A stretch of DNA of 64,000 nt from an uncultured Acidobacteriaceae bacterium (GCA_963708575.1 CAVPTB010000003.1:44379-108378); one strand, 5' to 3'. Positions 37,552 to 46,540 are shown, counted from the stretch's first letter. Numbers and translations are program-made. Notes: generated from the letters alone by a model not told the origin.

Positions 37552-37842
37552 TCAGCGCACTTTGGCACCGCAGTGTGGGCATTGCTCTTTCCGAGGTCTA
37601 AATCGACTCAGAAAATGATCACACACTGGACAGCGGTAAATGGCCAAGGTTAATACGAATGCTGCGGAAAAGATGCCAGCGCCCACGAGCTCGATCATGC
37701 TCGCTGTCACATCCGAGATAGGCTCGCGGGGTAACGTGCCAAGTATTGCCCCGAGAAAGAACCAAGCTATACCTAACCTGAAAAGATAGTTGCAAATGCG
37801 GTATCGCCATCTCACCGCCTTAACGACATCTTCATCATTCAC
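37552..37842 (-). CDS. Small membrane protein with C-terminal zinc ribbon
   Basis: 96 aa, two TM helices, then CPVCDHF...CPHCGAKVR. Confidence 0.5.
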   Translation of the reverse strand: MNDEDVVKAVRWRYRICNYLFRLGIAWFFLGAILGTLPREPISDVTASMIELVGAGIFSAAFVLTLAIYRCPVCDHFLSRFRPRKEQCPHCGAKVR

Positions 37843-37899
37843 CTTGCATCTCCACGCCCGCGACAGAATTTTACATTTAGGTTCAGATCAAGTTTCGGA

Positions 37900-39347
37900 T
37901 AGGCGTCGCAGCATCGGATTACCCTCATCGACGCTCGGGCAGGGTTTTGAGTGTAATCGCCTGTTCACGGAGGTGGGCTGTCCAGTGGCACTCAAGGGTT
38001 CAGTTTCAACAGTCACCCGAGCTGTAGTAGTCGTTCCCGCCGCTGGCATAGTGCCGTAAAGATTTACAGATGAATCAGAATCAAATAGGAGGAATAGGCA
38101 CCATCTTGACCATGCGTGAAGTCATGAAGTACCCTTTGATTCCACTTTTTCCTGGTTGGTGTCAGTTTATATACAACCCCAGGTTTAGGATTGCTGTTGC
38201 CGCTTGTTCCGCCGTATAGCAGTCGTCCCATATAGGTTTCCCACGCTGTAAAACACCACTCCAGCCGAAGGAGTTGCCCGTCCTTGCCGTCAAAGATGTA
38301 AATCGGATTCAGCTTCCAGCTTCCATCCTTGTGTGGGTGTAGCAGGAAGACGATGCCACACCCGTTCTCGCAATCGGTCCAATCGCCACCTTCGCTGGCG
38401 GTGCTATATAGATTTCCCAATGAATCGAAGGTCACTCCCGCTATGGGCTCCTTGCCGTCGTTTCCACCTCGAAAACTGTGCAGCACTTTCTCACTCCAAG
38501 TGCCCCCCGAGGAAGTCAGTTCAAAAACAGTACCGACGCCAAAGACGCCACCTTCCCAAGTGGTCCCGTATAGGTTGGCATCGGTTCCGAAAGCAACGCC
38601 AGCAAAGGGGTGAGAACCATCAGCACCGTTGAACGTATGCAGAGTCTCTATGCTCCATGTGCCCCCGTCAGCTGACAGCTCAAAAACGGTACCGAAATTG
38701 GATTGCCCTCCCCGGAGTGTGGTTCCATACAAATTGCCGGAGTGGTCGAGAATGAGAGTTCCGTGTGGATTCCCACCATCGGCGTATCCCTGAAAGCTGT
38801 AGAGTGTGATTTCGTTCCAAGGACCCGATTGTGTTGGCAAAGTCGTATACTGTTCCGTCGGAATACGCTCCACCGATTGCTGTAGTTCCGTAAAGATTGC
38901 CCTCATTATCCAGAACAAGTGCGCCGGATGGCTCGGACCCATCGGCATTTCCAGCAAAAATGTGAATGATCATGTATGAGTACCCGCTGCTTGTTCGCTT
39001 AACTCGAACGCAACGCCGTGACACCCTTGACACGAGGCACTTGCAGTTACGCCGTAGAGGTTGCCCGCTGTGTCGGAAGCCAGCCCCGACAGCGGCACCT
39101 CAGCCGGTTTTCCTTCGAAGGAATGAAGTACTGTTTCTAGGGTTGCCCGAACGCCGTCGATGTGAAGATGACGAGGGCAATTGAAAATGCGAACAGTCTG
39201 CGCTGGATCATAGCGAGCCCCAGATTCTGCGGAAAGGTAAGCCGCAGTCTTCGGCCACGCCAAGCCATTGTACATCAATCGGAAAACGTGATTCTCCCCG
39301 GTTGATTGTTGAAACATCCCGATTACACTCATCGCCACGCCGAGCAA
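37900..39347 (-). pseudogene. GloVer-type tandem-repeat secreted protein, multiply frame-disrupted
   Basis: The repeats (L/F)HSF...DG..P..GL..D..GNLYGTT..GG...G(T/V)VFEL are read across ORFs 38970-39347, 38680-39033 and 38064-38957. Shifts are at about 38998-39005 and 38822-38835. Repeat-like coding (LLFDSDSSVNLYGT...) continues in another frame past the stop at 38064. Confidence 0.7.
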
Positions 39348-39362
39348 TGACCGTGAGTGCGT

Positions 39363-39473
39363 TTACAGCACGTAAATCCGGAGCATCCACCAGATCAGGA
39401 ATATCGCGACGATGGCTCCGGCGATGTGAACGATCCAGTCGCCAGTGGTTTTCGGCCTGCCAAAATTGAACAT
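39363..39473 (-). CDS. Possible 36-aa hydrophobic peptide (MFNFGRPKTTGDWIVHIAGAIVAIFLIWWMLRIYVL)
   Basis: ATG-to-TAA ORF with one clear TM helix. No SD and no family recognised. Confidence 0.2.
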   Translation of the reverse strand: MFNFGRPKTTGDWIVHIAGAIVAIFLIWWMLRIYVL

Positions 39474-40087
39474 CACGTCATGGTAGCAGCCACCCGTGCC
39501 GGAGCAAATCTCCAGCTATCGAGGCCCGAGTGCCCCAGGTTCGCGCGTTCTCTTCGGGACGACAATCCGGGTCACAGCCGAGCGGCCGTGGTGTCCGAAT
39601 ACGGAAGTCACAGTCTTCCGCAGCAATTCTCCTCCTTATCCGTGACAACCAATACAGACTTCCCTTGCCGTCGGCGCGAGAATGTCTCTGGGTAGAGCTG
39701 GGAAAAAGTGTCCTCGGGTGGGGAAGCCCTGGCCGATCATCCCGCGTCCCCGCTAAGTGATTGATAAGTAAATATTTTAGCTTTAACTCCTTATTACTCA
39801 AAGATCTGGGAGCCCGAGTGGCGCTAAATCTTTGATAACAAAAGATCGAGAGAAATCTAGGGGGAGGGGTACCCCGGGCACCTGGGCTGAAGGCGAGAAG
39901 GGCGAGCGTTTGTGAAGCTGAAGCTGGCGGACAGATCCTGATGCTCAACGCCCGACCAAACGCCTCAACGGCCGGGTTACCATCGGAGTGGGATATCGGA
40001 ACATCATTGCTCGTAGCTAGCGCATCTTAGGAATATAATGTGATCACTTCCAAGGAAGTGAGTCCCTTTCCGAGAAGACGAATCCGA

Positions 40088-41305
40088 ATGTCCTTAAAAT
40101 TGAAGGCTCTGATCTTAGTTCCCTCTGCCGCTGTGCTGTTATTCATGGTTGTCGGAGGACTGGACGGCGTTCGCGCGTCCAGCAACGATGGTGCTTACCG
40201 GCAACTCCAGGTTTATAGCGAAGTGCTTTCGCGGGTGCGGAGCGAGTATGTCGAAGACCCCAACATTCCCGCAGTCACGGATGGCGCTTTGCACGGGCTG
40301 CTCGAGTCGCTCGACGCAAACTCCAGCTACCTAACGGCAGCCGAATATAAAGACTACAAGGCGCACAAGGACAGCGGCACGGCTGACATCGGAGCAGCAG
40401 TTTCGAAGCGCTTCGGCTACGCGTCGGTCATCTCGGTCATTCCGGGAGGTCCTGCCGATAAAGCCGGCTTGCAGGACACCGACATCATTGAGGCGATCGA
40501 AGGCAAGAGCACGCACGAGATGTCACTGGCGGAAGTTCATAACCTGCTCTCCGGCCAGCCGGGCTCGAATGTCACGGTGGCTGTGGTGCGGGCGCGGCGA
40601 GCCCAGCCGGACAAAATCGTCATTACCCGAACCGTGGTTGCAATTCCTCCGGCCAGCGACAAGATGCTGGAAGACGGGATCGCCGAAATTCACGTGGATG
40701 CTCTGACCAAGGGCATGACTCAGGAGATTGCGGCAAAGATCAAGAGCGCTCAGAAAGACGGCGCCAAGAAGCTGATTCTCGATCTGCGGAACGTCGCGGA
40801 AGGAGAAGAGTCAGAGGGGATCGCAACGGCGAATCTTTTCCTGAATCACGGGACGATTACCTACTTGCAAGGACAGAAGTATCCGCGGGAAGCTTTCAAC
40901 GCGGAGGCATCCAAGGACATCACGACGTTGCCTTTGGTTGTCCTGGTGAATCGGGGAACGGCGGGACCGGCCGAGATCGTGGCGGCCGCCATTCTGGAGA
41001 ACGCTCGCGGGGACGTTGTGGGCGACAAGACGTTTGGCGACGGGTCGGTGCAGAAGGTTTTGGATTTGCCGGATGGCGGGGCGCTGATTCTCTCAGTTGC
41101 CAAGTACTATTCGCCGAGCGGCAAGGCCATCCAGGACGCAGCGGTCACGCCAAATGTGCTGGTAGCTGACGCGCCGGATGACGGTGGAGTGCCAGATGAA
41201 GATGAAAGCGCGGCGCCCGCGGACCAGCAAAAGAAGGCGCAACCACCCCAACAGGATGATCAGTTGCAAAAGGCCATTCAGGTTCTGAAAAGCCACAACG
41301 GTTAA
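40088..41305 (+). CDS. S41-family (C-terminal processing peptidase-like) protein with PDZ domain; catalytic residues apparently substituted
   Basis: PDZ (VISVIPGGPADKAGL) and S41 core (LVVLVNRGTAGPAEIVAAAI...GDKTFGDGSVQ). ATG at 40088 precedes a TM/signal segment. The nominal GTG at 40040 is an alternative start. Confidence 0.85.
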   Translation: MSLKLKALILVPSAAVLLFMVVGGLDGVRASSNDGAYRQLQVYSEVLSRVRSEYVEDPNIPAVTDGALHGLLESLDANSSYLTAAEYKDYKAHKDSGTADIGAAVSKRFGYASVISVIPGGPADKAGLQDTDIIEAIEGKSTHEMSLAEVHNLLSGQPGSNVTVAVVRARRAQPDKIVITRTVVAIPPASDKMLEDGIAEIHVDALTKGMTQEIAAKIKSAQKDGAKKLILDLRNVAEGEESEGIATANLFLNHGTITYLQGQKYPREAFNAEASKDITTLPLVVLVNRGTAGPAEIVAAAILENARGDVVGDKTFGDGSVQKVLDLPDGGALILSVAKYYSPSGKAIQDAAVTPNVLVADAPDDGGVPDEDESAAPADQQKKAQPPQQDDQLQKAIQVLKSHNG

Positions 41306-41328
41306 AATCCAAAAATAGGACTTCGCAA

Positions 41329-41358
41329 CGCGCCCGAAAAAAGGGCGCGTTTTTCTTT
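41329..41358 (+). terminator. Intrinsic terminator after the S41 gene
   Basis: CGCGCCC-gaaaaaa-GGGCGCG followed by TTTTTCTTT. Confidence 0.85.
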
Positions 41359-41750
41359 GCCTGCGTGTATGCTGGGGCATCCCTGTAGATGAAACTAGGT
41401 ACTTCCGGAGTTTGGTTATGGTAGGCCAACAACGGGAGACGCGGCCGTTGCATCAATTGTGAGGCATGGCAGAGCAATTCATTATCGGGAGCAGTCACTT
41501 CCATCCGAGAGTGATTCGGGTGCTGCGTAGCGAGCCACCGTGTTCGACGCGACGAGATGATCTGATTTGGAAATGCGTCGGCGCGTTGACCGCGGGGACC
41601 ATCAGTGCGGCGGGTTGGTTCATCGTGGTGGCTGCGACTATGCGGGTGCTGCGCTAGAATTTCCTGCCGGTTCGTTTGGCGGGGCGTGGGCGTGGGGATC
41701 TGTTCGCTCTCCGAGCCAGGACGACAATTTCTGAATACTATCCCAAATAT

Positions 41751-42302
41751 TTATTTGTCGTAATGCAGCAGTGAGAAGACGTCCTGCCCTTTCAGCTTGT
41801 CCCTGCCATTTAGAAAATCCAGCTCGACCACGAATCCCAACCCGACAATTTCAGCTCCGAGTGAACTCGCCAAGTGGGTGGTGGCTTCGGCGGTGCCTCC
41901 GGTAGCGAGGAGATCGTCGACGATCACTACGCGTTGACCCTTCTGGATTGCGTCCTTGTGAATCTCAAGAGTGTTGGTGCCATACTCGAGCGCGTAGTCA
42001 TATTTGGCGGTGGCGGCGGGAAGTTTGCCGGGCTTGCGGACGGGAATGAATCCGGCGTTCAGGCGATAGGCGAGAGCAGGGCCGAAGATGAAGCCGCGGG
42101 CTTCCATGCCGAGAACCAGGTCGATGTCGTGCTCAATGTAGTGTTCCGCGAGCGCATCGATCAGCATGGAGAATCCCTGCTTGTCTTTCAAGAGCGTGGT
42201 GATGTCGTAGAAGAGAATGCCGGGCTTGGGAAAGTCGGGGACTTCGCGGATCAGTTTTTTCAGCGGCTCACAATTGACATTCACGGGAGATGCGTTCGGC
42301 AT
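41751..42302 (-). CDS. apt: Adenine phosphoribosyltransferase
   Basis: [33 protein letters not shown] motif. Confidence 0.95.
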   Translation of the reverse strand: MPNASPVNVNCEPLKKLIREVPDFPKPGILFYDITTLLKDKQGFSMLIDALAEHYIEHDIDLVLGMEARGFIFGPALAYRLNAGFIPVRKPGKLPAATAKYDYALEYGTNTLEIHKDAIQKGQRVVIVDDLLATGGTAEATTHLASSLGAEIVGLGFVVELDFLNGRDKLKGQDVFSLLHYDK

Positions 42303-42607
42303 TACCAGGCTCCTTCGATACGAAACGTTGTATGACCGGAAACGGGCTCGGTCTCGATCTCTTCTACATTGTCCACTCGGGCGGCGCGAGGACCTTGCTG
42401 TAATTTGGCGCGCAGAGCGGAAAGCTGTTCACGAGTGCCAATGGCCAGCACTTCGACACTGCTATCGGCGTTATTGCGGACCCACCCGGCAATGCCGAGG
42501 ATGTGCGCTTCACGCTCGACGAACCAGCGGAAGCCGACGCCCTGGACGCGTCCGCGAACGATGAAGCGGCGGGCCAGAATCGGAGATTGAACTTTACTGG
42601 AAGCCAC
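42302..42607 (-). CDS. acyP: Acylphosphatase
   Basis: [13 protein letters not shown] signature. GTG at 42607 chosen because the 16 upstream codons of the nominal ORF lie inside the family-2 repeat. The stop overlaps the apt start. Confidence 0.85.
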   Translation of the reverse strand: MASSKVQSPILARRFIVRGRVQGVGFRWFVEREAHILGIAGWVRNNADSSVEVLAIGTREQLSALRAKLQQGPRAARVDNVEEIETEPVSGHTTFRIEGAW

Positions 42608-42611
42608 AGTT

Positions 42612-42716
42612 ATGTAATTGGCAATTTGTGATTTGTAATTTGAAACCAAACACACCCAGCCGACAGCCTCTCAGGCGGCCGACTTCAATTACCAATTACA
42701 AATTACCCAATCCCAC
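42612..42716. repeat. Family-2 AT-rich palindromic repeat forming a long imperfect hairpin
   Basis: Left arm ggcaatttgtgatttgtaatttgaa versus the reverse complement of the right arm ggtaatttgtaattggtaattgaag. GC-rich central loop. Confidence 0.7.
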
Positions 42717-42730
42717 ATTGCCAAAGCCTT

Positions 42731-43291
42731 CTATGCTCGAGACAGATACGTGCCTTCGGCGGTGTCTACTTTGATTTTTTCGCCTTCGTTGATGAAGGGC
42801 GGCACCTGCACGACCAGGCCGGTATCGGTCTTGGCTGGCTTGGTGACGCTGGACGCGGTGGCGCTCTTGAGCCCCGGTTCGGTCTCGACTACGGTCAGAA
42901 TCACGGTCTGGGGCAGTTCGATGCCCACGGCCTTGCCATCAAAGAACTCGACTTTGATTTGCAGGTTGGGTATCAGATAATCCACCGCGTCTCCGAGAGT
43001 ATCTCGTGTGAGGTGAGTCTGCTCGAAGTTGGTCGTGTCCATGAAGTAGTAGCTGTCGCCGTCGGCGTACAGGAATTCCATATCCTGTTCATCGACCTGA
43101 ATCTTTTCGATGGGATCGGGCGAGCGGAAACGGTGCTCGAACATGGCGCCGGTGCGCAGGTTGCGCAGTTTGGCCTGGATGAAGGCGCGCAGGTTGCCCG
43201 GCGTACGGTGCTCGACACTGAACACGGAATGGAGATCATTGTTGTGCTTGATGATCATGCCGGGACGAAGCTGGGTCGCGGGTATAGACAT
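42731..43291 (-). CDS. efp: Elongation factor P
   Basis: MSIPATQLRPGMIIKHNNDLHSV...KPAKTDTGLVVQVPPFI. AAAGGAG SD before the internal ATG at 43291. Confidence 0.95.
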   Translation of the reverse strand: MSIPATQLRPGMIIKHNNDLHSVFSVEHRTPGNLRAFIQAKLRNLRTGAMFEHRFRSPDPIEKIQVDEQDMEFLYADGDSYYFMDTTNFEQTHLTRDTLGDAVDYLIPNLQIKVEFFDGKAVGIELPQTVILTVVETEPGLKSATASSVTKPAKTDTGLVVQVPPFINEGEKIKVDTAEGTYLSRA

Positions 43292-43435
43292 TGCGGAATC
43301 AATCTCCTTTAAATTGCGGGTAGCCGGCGGAAACAGGCGGACTCTTGGTCCCGCCGCACACAAGGCTCAAACAGCTTATTTTACAGGAGTTGAAAAGATG
43401 TGGGAAGGAGGGTCGGACGTTCCTTGGGTACGGGC

Positions 43436-43556
43436 AAAGGGCTCTCACCACCAAGGGCACTAAGGTTGACTAAGGAAATTCGTGGAAGGAATATCCTGGT
43501 CGCTAAGGGCGCTTCGACAAGCTTTAGTCACAAAAGACACTAAGGTTCAGCAAGGC
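43436..43556 (+). repeat. Family-1 repeat array (degenerate)
   Basis: caaagggctctcaccaccaagggcactaaggttgactaagg ... ctttagtcacaaaagacactaaggttcagcaagg. Confidence 0.7.
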
Positions 43557-43614
43557 AGCTAGAATAGGGGAAGACGAATCAAAGATTGAATTCTAATTTC
43601 AATGAGGTGTCTTT

Positions 43615-43908
43615 ATGCGTGAAGGAAAATATGAAGCTTCGCAACGTGGCGGAGTAGGAACAGCGGTTACGTTTTTGTTGATCGGACTGGGTGCGGGCGC
43701 TTTGGTCGGGCTGATGTTCGCTCCCAAGGCCGGGAAGCAGATGCGGAAGGAAATGCGCAAGCGGTATGACGATGCGCGCGAGAATCTGGGCGACTGGGCG
43801 GATGACGCCAAGGACGTAGCCGACGAAGTTCTCGAGCGCGGCGCGGAATTAGCGGACGAATTGCGGGAGCGCGTGGCTCCCTTGGCGAAGAATCTGCGGC
43901 GGCGCTAG
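43615..43908 (+). CDS. YtxH domain-containing protein
   Basis: TM segment then FAPKAGKQMRKEMRKRYDDA... Confidence 0.8.
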   Translation: MREGKYEASQRGGVGTAVTFLLIGLGAGALVGLMFAPKAGKQMRKEMRKRYDDARENLGDWADDAKDVADEVLERGAELADELRERVAPLAKNLRRR

Positions 43909-43909
43909 G

Positions 43910-45286
43910 TTATCCGAAAAGCGAAGAGAAAAAGCCTTTGACCTTGCCGAAAAAGCCGCGATGAGCTGGCTTGGGGTCGATCTGCACTGTCGGGAGTGCT
44001 GAGTTTTGCGAAGACACGTGCAGCGGGCGAAGGGGTAGATTCTCAGCTTCCTGCACGGGCGCCGGCTGGGCTGGCGGAGGATCGTCGCCGCGAAATACGA
44101 ATGGCGCTTCTACTTCAACGTGAACGTCATTTGGTTTCGATGGCGGAAGGGGCGCCATTTCTTTTGCGCCGGCAGTTATCGGCAGTTGCGAAGGTGTGCC
44201 GTCCATTGCGGCCGGTTGTGAGGCTGGGCTGGAACTTCCGAGATTCATCGACTGCGGCGCCGTGGTCGCAAGTGGTTCCGCGGGCACGGCTGCTCTCAAG
44301 ATGGGAACCGGTGCTGGGGGGCATCCGCACGCGGCGGGAACGGCTGAGTCCACATCTCTCAGTCGGCCGGAATGGAATAGTACCTGCTGGTTGGGCTTCA
44401 CCTGATAAGTGCCGTCCCCTAACAATTCAGAAACAATGGCAGATGCCGTGTTCCCCGGCAGCGCGCGTACGCAAGTGTTGCCGCGCGTGTCCACGCTCAC
44501 CGCGTAGTGAAATTCTCCGGGACCGGGAAGCTGGATGCGGAAGTCGGGCGTGAGGATGGAGTCGGCGGCGGCATCGAGATAGTAGTGAGTCTCTAATGCT
44601 CCAGTGCTCATACCCAGCATGAGCGCGTGGCCGTTCTGCGAGGAAGTCAACGAGACGGTGGTACCGGGGCAGACCCGCACTTCACCACCGCGGCCGAGAC
44701 GCATGATGGCAGTATCGGCGCCGGCTGTCACGGACGATCCGGGAAGAACTTTCGCTCCCGACAGGGAAATGTCTCTGAGCTCAGACGAGTTCATGGGAAC
44801 AGCCAATGGCTGTGCTCCGGCCGTCAGGGCTGGAGCTGTGGGCGGCTTGGCATGGACCTGCGCAGTAGCGCGCAAACGAATCATCAACCGATTGCCGGCC
44901 GCGTCCCAACCGTAGTCGAGCGGGCTCGTCAAATCCAATACGATGCGCGCGGTGGGCGGAGCATTCTGGTATTGATTGATCCGGACTCGCTTGATCTGTT
45001 CGTTGCTGAAAGCGCTGGACTTCGCGCTGGATGAGAGAACGGAGTTGGGCAGGTCGATCACAAGACGCGAGGGATGCTCGAGTTTCTGGAAGGCGGGAAC
45101 TACGGGACGACTGGCGAGGACCTCGATTGCGGGACCGTCGGGCGCCTGAATAACCTGCACGGAACGGACGGTAGCTACGTCCGTACTGGCGAGCAGTTGT
45201 GGCGGAGATTGAGCCAGGGCGTCAAGCAAGAGCGGCGATAGCAGCGCGAGCGCTGCCGTGAAGACGCGGGTGCGCAAACCAAACAT
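43910..45286 (-). CDS. AMIN domain-containing secreted protein with Pro-rich C-terminal region
   Basis: Internal ATG followed by signal peptide MFGLRTRVFTAALALLSPLLLDALAQ. AMIN-like segment VRSVQVIQAPDGPAIEVLASRPV...RLVIDLPN...RIVLDL. Confidence 0.75.
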   Translation of the reverse strand: MFGLRTRVFTAALALLSPLLLDALAQSPPQLLASTDVATVRSVQVIQAPDGPAIEVLASRPVVPAFQKLEHPSRLVIDLPNSVLSSSAKSSAFSNEQIKRVRINQYQNAPPTARIVLDLTSPLDYGWDAAGNRLMIRLRATAQVHAKPPTAPALTAGAQPLAVPMNSSELRDISLSGAKVLPGSSVTAGADTAIMRLGRGGEVRVCPGTTVSLTSSQNGHALMLGMSTGALETHYYLDAAADSILTPDFRIQLPGPGEFHYAVSVDTRGNTCVRALPGNTASAIVSELLGDGTYQVKPNQQVLFHSGRLRDVDSAVPAACGCPPAPVPILRAAVPAEPLATTAPQSMNLGSSSPASQPAAMDGTPSQLPITAGAKEMAPLPPSKPNDVHVEVEAPFVFRGDDPPPAQPAPVQEAENLPLRPLHVSSQNSALPTVQIDPKPAHRGFFGKVKGFFSSLFG

Positions 45287-45407
45287 GCTTCTGGGAGTTA
45301 TCTCTATGGGAACGATATCACTCGTCGGGATGGAGAGAGAAGTACTACAGAGAATCTGAAATTCCCCCAGGAGCCCGAGCGGACAGGAATGTCCGCGGCT
45401 ACCATGT

Positions 45408-45737
45408 TTAAGGTTCGGAGAGGAACTCGTATTCGTCGATGACGGCAGCAACTGCGACTTTTCCGTCGGGAGCGGCTTGATCGACGCGAACGACTTTGCC
45501 TTTGCAGCGGACACGGATGCTTTCCGTCAAGGTGATCTCGGGAGGGAGCGTCAAGGTGAACTCGATGGAGGCGCCAGCCTCGATGGACTGATCCACGTAG
45601 AAGCAAATGCCACGCGCGCTCACATCCCGCGTCTGGGCAGTCTTTTCGTGGGAGCCATTGTCCGTGTAGTTAACAGAAACCGGCAGCCGCAACGCGAAAC
45701 GACGGGTTGCGCGCTTTTCCTGCTGGGCTTCAGGCAT
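45408..45737 (-). CDS. PilZ domain-containing protein
   Basis: RATRRFALRLPV (RxxxR) ... DVSARGICF (D/NxSxxG). Start at MPEAQQ preceded by GGAGGA. The nominal TTG at 45785 is an alternative start. Confidence 0.8.
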   Translation of the reverse strand: MPEAQQEKRATRRFALRLPVSVNYTDNGSHEKTAQTRDVSARGICFYVDQSIEAGASIEFTLTLPPEITLTESIRVRCKGKVVRVDQAAPDGKVAVAAVIDEYEFLSEP

Positions 45738-45891
45738 ACGTCCTCCGGAAGCCTGTAGCATCGCCTGTCGCGTGAAGCCTGTCAAGGAGGTACTTGGGCT
45801 GGTGGCCTGGGCGCAGCGGAATCGTTGGAGGCGTCTTCCGCGCCTTTTCTTCGGTTTCAGCTTTTGAGATACCCTGTTTCCAGGCGTTCCT

Positions 45892-46467
45892 ATGGTGTTT
45901 GTGCTCGATAACTACGACTCTTTTACCTATAACCTGGTTCAATATATGGGCGAACTGGGAGCCGAGGTGGTGGTTCGCCGCAACGACGAGGTCACGATCG
46001 CGGAGGTTGAAGAACTAGGACCAGAGCGGATCGTGGTGTCGCCGGGTCCATGTACGCCGCGCGAGGCCGGGATCAGCGTGGAATTGATCCGGCACTTTGC
46101 GGGGAAGGTTCCAGTGCTGGGAGTTTGCCTGGGACATCAGGCGATTGGCGAAGCGTTTGGGGGACGGGTAATTCGCGCAGCTCACTTGATGCACGGTAAG
46201 ACCAGCGAAGTGCAGCACGATGGCAAAACGGTTTTTGCGAAGCTTCCAAGCCCGATGAAGGCTACCCGGTATCACTCGTTGATCGTGCAGGAAGAAGGAT
46301 TGCCGGCTGAATTGGAAGTAAGCGCCTGGACGACCGAGCGGGATGGATCGCGAACGATCATGGGATTGCGTCACAAAAAATTCCCGGTCGAGGGAGTGCA
46401 GTTCCATCCGGAGAGCGTGCTGACCGAGCAAGGGAAAAAGTTAGTGGGGAATTTCCTGGGGATGTAA
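45892..46467 (+). CDS. trpG: Anthranilate/aminodeoxychorismate synthase glutamine amidotransferase component
   Basis: [26 protein letters not shown]. Confidence 0.9.
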   Translation: MVFVLDNYDSFTYNLVQYMGELGAEVVVRRNDEVTIAEVEELGPERIVVSPGPCTPREAGISVELIRHFAGKVPVLGVCLGHQAIGEAFGGRVIRAAHLMHGKTSEVQHDGKTVFAKLPSPMKATRYHSLIVQEEGLPAELEVSAWTTERDGSRTIMGLRHKKFPVEGVQFHPESVLTEQGKKLVGNFLGM

Positions 46468-46482
46468 GGGTCCTACTACGGA

Positions 46483-46540
46483 AGGCAAGATCTCACCGCA
46501 AAGCTCGCAGAGAGAATCCGCTAAGAACACCAAGGCTCCG
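46483..46540 (+). repeat. Degenerate family-1 unit between convergent stops
   Basis: aagatctcaccgcaaagctcgcagagagaatccgctaagaacaccaaggctcc. Confidence 0.5.

Noticed and set aside
38970-38972. In-frame TGA joining ORFs 38970-39347 and 38064-38957, as selenocysteine or read-through
   Set aside because: The repeat consensus across the intervening 170 nt is encoded in a different frame (ORF 38680-39033), so two compensating shifts explain the data better. I noticed no SECIS-like hairpin.
39478-39948. 156-aa minus-strand ORF in the long intergenic region
   Set aside because: It is Arg/Pro/Ser-rich with an implausible composition, runs through the AT-rich core, and has no SD or recognisable domain.
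41466-41657. 63-aa plus-strand ORF in the 445-bp gap between the S41 terminator and apt
   Set aside because: It has no SD and no recognisable family. It could be a real small membrane protein (C-terminal hydrophobic stretch), but the evidence is insufficient to call it.
45287-45514. N-terminal extension of the AMIN-domain ORF (GTG at 45514)
   Set aside because: It overlaps the PilZ gene. The signal peptide starts at the internal ATG at 45286.
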